Source of the DNA: Paraspadella gotoi
Taxonomy: Eukaryota; Animalia; Chaetognatha
DNA length: 64,000 bases
Direction of reading: 5' to 3'
NCBI GenBank assembly: GCA_051294375.1
Contig: CM119268.1
Location: forward strand, 9,545,216-9,609,215
The translations under genes were made by a program, and so were the position numbers. Numbering within the stretch: the first letter of the stretch is position 1; each line of letters begins with the position of its first letter. The notes below the pieces were generated by a model. The model was given only the letters and a program-made list of their open reading frames with translations. It made no database searches and was not told the origin of the DNA. Shown here one piece after another: positions 51,619 to 64,000 of the stretch.

Positions 51619-52896
51619 ATGTAAAATGAAATCGTTGTACATAAACAAATAAACTTTGTCTTTCTCTAATTTGCAAAAACAACGAAAAGAAAGGAAATTA
51701 ATATAAGATATAGTTTAAAAAGAATACAACCCTTACTGAGTACTGAAATAGAGCTTCTGAATGGTACACAATTTTCTCAAAGGAAAAATTATTTTTTTAA
51801 AAAATTTAAATTTAAAAAGAGAAGAGAATTTTTCGTTCTTTCTTTTGGAAGAAAATTGCAACTGAATCCTTTTGTCATTACGATTCTGCAAAGGTTCTGG
51901 AAGCAAGGACTTATCGTGCAAAAAAAACACGCTCTAACCCATTAGAAATGAGATTTGATTTCGACATTTTTCACATTTCACATTTTCACATTTCTCTTGC
52001 TCTTTTCCCCCCTAATTTTGTCTCCTAGCATGAGGATGATAACTACAAAATCAACTACAGTCGATATTAAGTAAAAACAAAAAAAAATAATATTAATAGT
52101 GAAGTTTTTCTCTTATTTTGTATTAGGAAAATATAATATTTATCTCTCTATCGTGCTTTTGATTTGTTTATGCCTTTTCTCCTCTAATTTTCTAGTACGT
52201 CGCTCAAATATTTATTATTTTTCTTTGTAACTTAATTCAATTAGGTTAAACTTTCCGACAACAAACGAACGTCTTTTGTCGAAAAAAAAATATTTGAAGG
52301 TGTTTTTGTACACTAGCGCTGTCGCGGTTTAGATGAGGTCTAAAACAAAAGTCAAGTAAAAAAATGTCCTTGGTTTTGTTCAAAAATAATCGGAGCATAT
52401 ATAATTAAAGTATTACATTAAGCTCTGTATTAATTTTGCTTTCACTGCTTTCCTTGGCTAAATTGTAGGCCGTAAATAGGAAGCAAAGTTATTAATTGTT
52501 GTTCTTTAGGAATGAACGAGATTCTATTAAATTAATTAATTTATAAATTCTAAAACCCTGAATGCTTGAACAATAAATTTATTAACATTTAAAATCCATG
52601 CACGTGAACCGAATACCATTTTATCATTTAATGGCGTTATAATTTCTCGCGTCATTTTTTATGGAGCTCGTTCTTTTTACGGCACTTGAAGAAAGATAAA
52701 TACAATTTAATGGATTCTCTCTCTCTCTCTCTCTCTCTCATTCCTCTCAGCAGTTAAATTCCTGCGGCGCATTCCGCGCCGCTCAGTTTTTCCTCAATCC
52801 CCGGAATCATCATTAATTCTTCTCCTTCGACGGACCGAGCGAGGATCATGGGGTTGCGGCGCGCGAGGTTACGGCGTGGCGAAGAGACAGAGACAG

Positions 52897-52929
<33 letters not shown>

Positions 52930-53195
52930 GAAGAGAGAGAGAGAGAGAAGAGAGAAAGCAGAGAGGAGAGAAGAGAGAGAAAGGCGCTGGGCCACCCAAG
53001 TGTCGCCGATCCCGTCGAGCGAAAGAAATTGTCTCTTCCGGAGACGCCAAAGAATTTCTTTTTTTTTTCTGGAGAAAAATAGTCTTCGTCGTGATTCGGA
53101 GAAAAACTTTTAGAGTGAGACGCTTTTGAGACAAGTCCTGGCTGCTGTCTCTCTTTATCTGTGTATAGTAAGATTTTTTTAGTTTCTTGTTTTAG

Positions 53196-53196
53196 T

Positions 53197-53292
<96 letters not shown>
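53196..53292. repeat. (CTTT)n microsatellite
   Basis: Read directly. Confidence 0.95.
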
Positions 53293-60046
<6,754 letters not shown>

Positions 60047-61240
60047 AAGAAGAATGGACAAGAGAGAAAAACCTGGCTCGCCTCCCCTCACCTCCGCGGC
60101 AGCCCAGAGGGTGAGGTATCAGCCCCTCCTCACCCACTTCCTCCATCCTACATGCTCGAGCACTCCCCCAACTCTCTGCACCCCTCTCCCACCCCCTCCC
60201 AAAATCCTCTCTTCGTTTGGAGGGTCAAACGGGATTCCGTCATAAACGACAGAAAAATAAACTTTGGAGCGAAATCGAGAAAAGTCGTTTGTTCTTCGAT
60301 GCGAGTCGGTGGAGGCCGTGGAGGTGGAGGCAGTGGAGGGGGAGTCCGGAGAGGGGGTAGGGGTCGATGGAAAGGTTTGGAACCGTCCGTGTCGGGTGCG
60401 TCGGTTGGAGAGCGGTTGGATTCGTTGGATTTGTTGGAATGGGGAAAAAATTAATGGATTGAATCTTAAAGAGCTGGTCGGCTTTAGACTTTTATTAAAT
60501 TGTATGTTTTACATACATTATCTGCATATATTGTAATATTTTGTAATATTTTGTAATTCGATGCTTTGAATTGTTCCATGAGATTTACCGACAAAAACAC
60601 TGGGCGGACCGACAGACGGACCGTATGCTAATCCGACTAAAAAGTAAAAAGTCAAAAAGCCTTCGCTTTAATATTGTAATGCATTTCTCTCTTTCTCTCT
60701 GTTTTGGTATAATTATGACTTCACTAACTACAAAAGCTTTTTCTAATCTTTCTTAATTTTCATATTCTAAATTTCTATATTTTTATATTTTTATATTTTT
60801 ATATTCATCTTCTACATGCATCTTCATCGTCTTCTGCAAGGCCTATTTTTTTTTTTAAATTTAAAAAAACTTTACGGCGAAGAATTGGAAAGAGAGATTA
60901 TAAATATAAGGTTACAAATACAAAGTTCATTGTCTAAACTTTCCCGCGGATGGAGACATCGAAGACGCAAGGAACATTTTCTAACGAGACACTATTTTCC
61001 TCCTCCCTTCCCGTCGCTGCCAACCATTGCCCACATGCCCACATCGCTTTCGATCGAACCACAACCCCATGCAACTCGATCACCACAACCCAAATCTTCT
61101 CCGATGAATCTCCACCCCCTCTCCCCCCCTCCCACCGAGCTATCTCTTCAACAATCCCCGACTTAAACTTGAGCCATAAACGAGTCAAAACACAAAAAAA
61201 CTCGTTGATGGAATTTTGGTCACGAAATCTCGGCGAGATC

Positions 61241-61322
<82 letters not shown>

Positions 61323-61743
61323 CCTAGATTTCCATCTTTACGTCCACCATTCCTTTCTGGCGAATTCATTTATCTCCCCCTTCCCTTGAACCTACTTGCC
61401 CTCCACACCTCATCGCCACCTTAATTCATATTCTTCCTTATCCTTTCCCATCACTAAACTGTCTCTATCCCCAACGACGTCATCTCTTTCCAACGACGTC
61501 GACTTTCGCTTCAGCAGCGACCTCTGTTCGCTCCAGCGGCGTCGTCTCTTCGCTTCAACGCCTTTGAATGGAGACGCCGGAGCTGCCAACGCCGGTGACG
61601 CCGCCTACGCCGCTGGCGAAGCGTTTCGAGAGAAAATGAGGCGCCGAATTTCGCGCCGATTCGAGCTATGAAGCCATTCCACAGTCGTGATACTTTAAAA
61701 AACATGACGAATGAAAAAATAACAATAAAAACAAGGCTAAGAG

Positions 61744-61890
<147 letters not shown>

Positions 61891-62407
61891 AAGAAATAAA
61901 TAAATAAAATAAGAAGGAAAAAAAGGAAAAAAAAAGAAAGGTAACCGCCTTGTAAAGTCGCAATGACCAGCAAAACGGGTGACGCCTAACGGACTAAATT
62001 TAAAATCACCTTTTAAAAACAAAAATGATAGACCCCTACAATACTATACTTGAAAAATTCCCGGCCGTTTTATTTTTCTCTCCATTAAATAATACAATAC
62101 TTTCTTTCATATATTTAACATTTAGGTTCTCGATCTGGATCCACGCACGCGATCCAAGTTGAAAGTTTAAACAAAAGTTTCGATTTAAGAAAAAGACTCA
62201 GCGGTTTGAATCGTAACCCGTCAATCGGGTCCACCAAGATTTAGGCGGTACTGGATTTTCTTCTCTCTCTTCTCTCTCTCTTTCTTTGGCAAAAAAAATA
62301 TTATTACCAGTATTGCCTTCGAAATTGGGGAAGTTCGAAATTCTAAAAAAAAATTGTCTCCGATGATATTTTTTCTCCCCGGTCTCGATCCCCTGACCAC
62401 TTCGACC

Positions 62408-62999
62408 ATGCGCTCGTCGGTTTTCTCCCCCCCGCACCTCCTCTTCCCGGTCGCGCTCATCCTGACGACCAACTTGGCGCTGGCAGTCTCCTCGTCGCGC
62501 CTGGACTTCCGGACTCACCAACGCGTCAACCCCAACTGCCTGCTCTTCTCCTCGGCCGGAGAGGCGTTCAACCTGCAACTGGCCGTCGAGGCGTCGAAAC
62601 ACCGCCTCTTCAACGTGACCGACGCCGGCGTGGAGGCCTTTTCCTACTTATACGAACCCTGCCGACCCTTTGTGCCCGGCGATGACCCCATGAGCTCAAA
62701 CATGGGAAAGTTCCTCGCCTGGCAGATCATTCGACCCTTCGGAGTTTCGAAAGGGATCTACGAGCCGATCGGACGCGACCCAAAGCTGCTGGAGGTGGAC
62801 GAGGACGGGAGGCGCGACTATTACGTGGAAATGACGGCCGGGTTCCGGAGAACCGTGGTCAAGCTCGTCTGCGATCCAAGCACCGGTGTCCGTGGCGAAC
62901 CTTGGTTCGTCTCCTGGGGCGAGAATCCCAGAAACGTCTACAACTTCGAACTGGGACACTTGTGCGCTTGCGCGAACGGGTGTCCGGTCATCACTCCAG
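62408..62999 (+). CDS. Exon 1 of an MRH-domain (mannose-6-phosphate receptor homology; CD-MPR/ATG27-like) membrane protein
   Basis: ATG at 62408 in ACCATG context, then a hydrophobic signal peptide (LLFPVALILTTNLALA). MRH-type motifs: YLYEPCRPF, AWQ, RRTVVKLVCD, WGE and YNFELGHLCAC.NGC. Phase-1 donor cag|gtaagg at 63000. Confidence 0.8.
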
Positions 63000-63941
63000 G
63001 TAAGGAGCGACTGTTTTCGAAGTTACGGGGTAAGTCGGCCAAGGGTGAGGCGGTTAGTGTGCCTCCTTAGGCTTAGCGATTTGTACTGACTTGGGTTTTG
63101 CGCCCTGCACGGCTGGTAACAAATAGAGGGGGATAGAGTGGATCCTAAATTGACGACGACAAATATCTTTACTTTAGGCTAAGTCCTTGCGTAACGTCAA
63201 GTCACGTTTTTTTTTTTCAGTTTTAAAATCCGGTTTTTCGATTAGGCTTTGTTTTCACACTCGAAAAAAATTAATATTCTGCCGTTTTAAAACTCTTACG
63301 TAACTTTTATATAAATCTTTCCCTATATTTTTATTATATAACAAAATTTTGTTTTTAAACAAAATTAGACTAATTAAAATTAGTTATTAATGTATAAAAA
63401 TCTTAAAACACCAAGAAAATTACGTTTAAAAACGTATAGGATTAGGTTTATAAATTTTTGGAATTAAAACCATGTTTTCATTGATCCGGTTTTGAAGGGA
63501 ACATTATAATTTTTTTTAGCTTTTCTCTTTTCTTCATTCCTTTTTTTTTCTAATATTTTCTTTTTAAATTTCTTTTAACGACAGCGTTAAACTTGGTTCT
63601 ACGTCCTTTCATTTAGTATGAAAATCAAGTGTAGTCTTGTGTAAAAAAAAACAAAAACCGCGCCACTTTATATCAGCCTTTAAAAATGCCATTTTATATT
63701 TTGATTTTTTTAGCATACTTTATGAAAAAATTAAGTTATTTAAAAAATAAAGAGTTTGGTTTAAATTTTATAAAGATTAGGCTATCCGTTCAGGAGCAAT
63801 AATTTATTATACAACAAAGCTAAACTTGAATTTAAAGTTATTAAGTGGCCCGTTTTTTTTTTGCACACGAGTGAAAAATATTTTTTGTTACTTTCTTACC
63901 AACTCCCGGGATTCACTGGCCTTTCTACCCTCCCTACACAG

Positions 63942-64000
63942 AGATGACCTTCAAAGTGCTGGTGTTCAGCGCCGTCACAGCCGTCATCATCATCATCATC
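63942..64000 (+). CDS. Exon 2 (transmembrane segment) of the MRH-domain protein, runs off the window
   Basis: Pyrimidine tract and acag| acceptor in phase 1; reads EMTFKVLVFSAVTAVIIIII. Confidence 0.75.

Larger units (their letters stand above)
48936..51717 (-). mobile_element. Penelope-like retroelement, 5'-truncated, with inverted pseudo-LTRs and a target-site duplication
   Basis: GC-richer core with RT and GIY-YIG remnants. ~420-bp inverted repeats at 48945-49358 and 51227-51669. A 12-bp direct repeat AGATATAGTTTA flanks the unit (48936-48947 and 51706-51717). Confidence 0.8.

Noticed and set aside
62354-62407. N-terminal extension of the MRH ORF given in the track
   Set aside because: The track begins at a TTG codon. 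ATG 62408 has good context and directly precedes the signal peptide, although the in-frame ATG at 62363 cannot be fully excluded.

Overview
AT-rich animal genomic DNA from a fragmented draft assembly, with many N gaps and dense (GA/CT)n microsatellites. Nearly all long ORFs in the supplied track are microsatellite or gap artefacts. Three spliced genes can be rebuilt from the sequence. (1) The 5' part of a minus-strand KANK/VAB-19 gene (KN motif CCPYGYHIETDFVEFCE) with a GC-AG intron and a candidate MGGCASK first exon. (2) A complete 10-exon divergent PP1-type Ser/Thr phosphatase on the plus strand (44257-47796). (3) The first two exons of a signal-peptide + MRH-domain + transmembrane receptor (62408 to window end). 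Mobile DNA includes a degraded Penelope-like retroelement with inverted pseudo-LTRs, a 12-bp target-site duplication and minimal hammerhead ribozymes. There is also a solo hammerhead, a TA-flanked MITE and Helentron/DINE-like ends. A ~3.3-kb-arm inverted duplication at 53.3-60.0 kb is probably an assembly fold-back. The most unusual signal is PP1 intron 6. It has no good in-frame GT/GC-AG solution, and its two ends form a contiguous 20-bp RNA stem with two U-G wobbles plus an outer stem over the splice junctions. Weaker end-to-end pairing appears in several other introns. All protein family calls come from remembered motifs; no searches were run.
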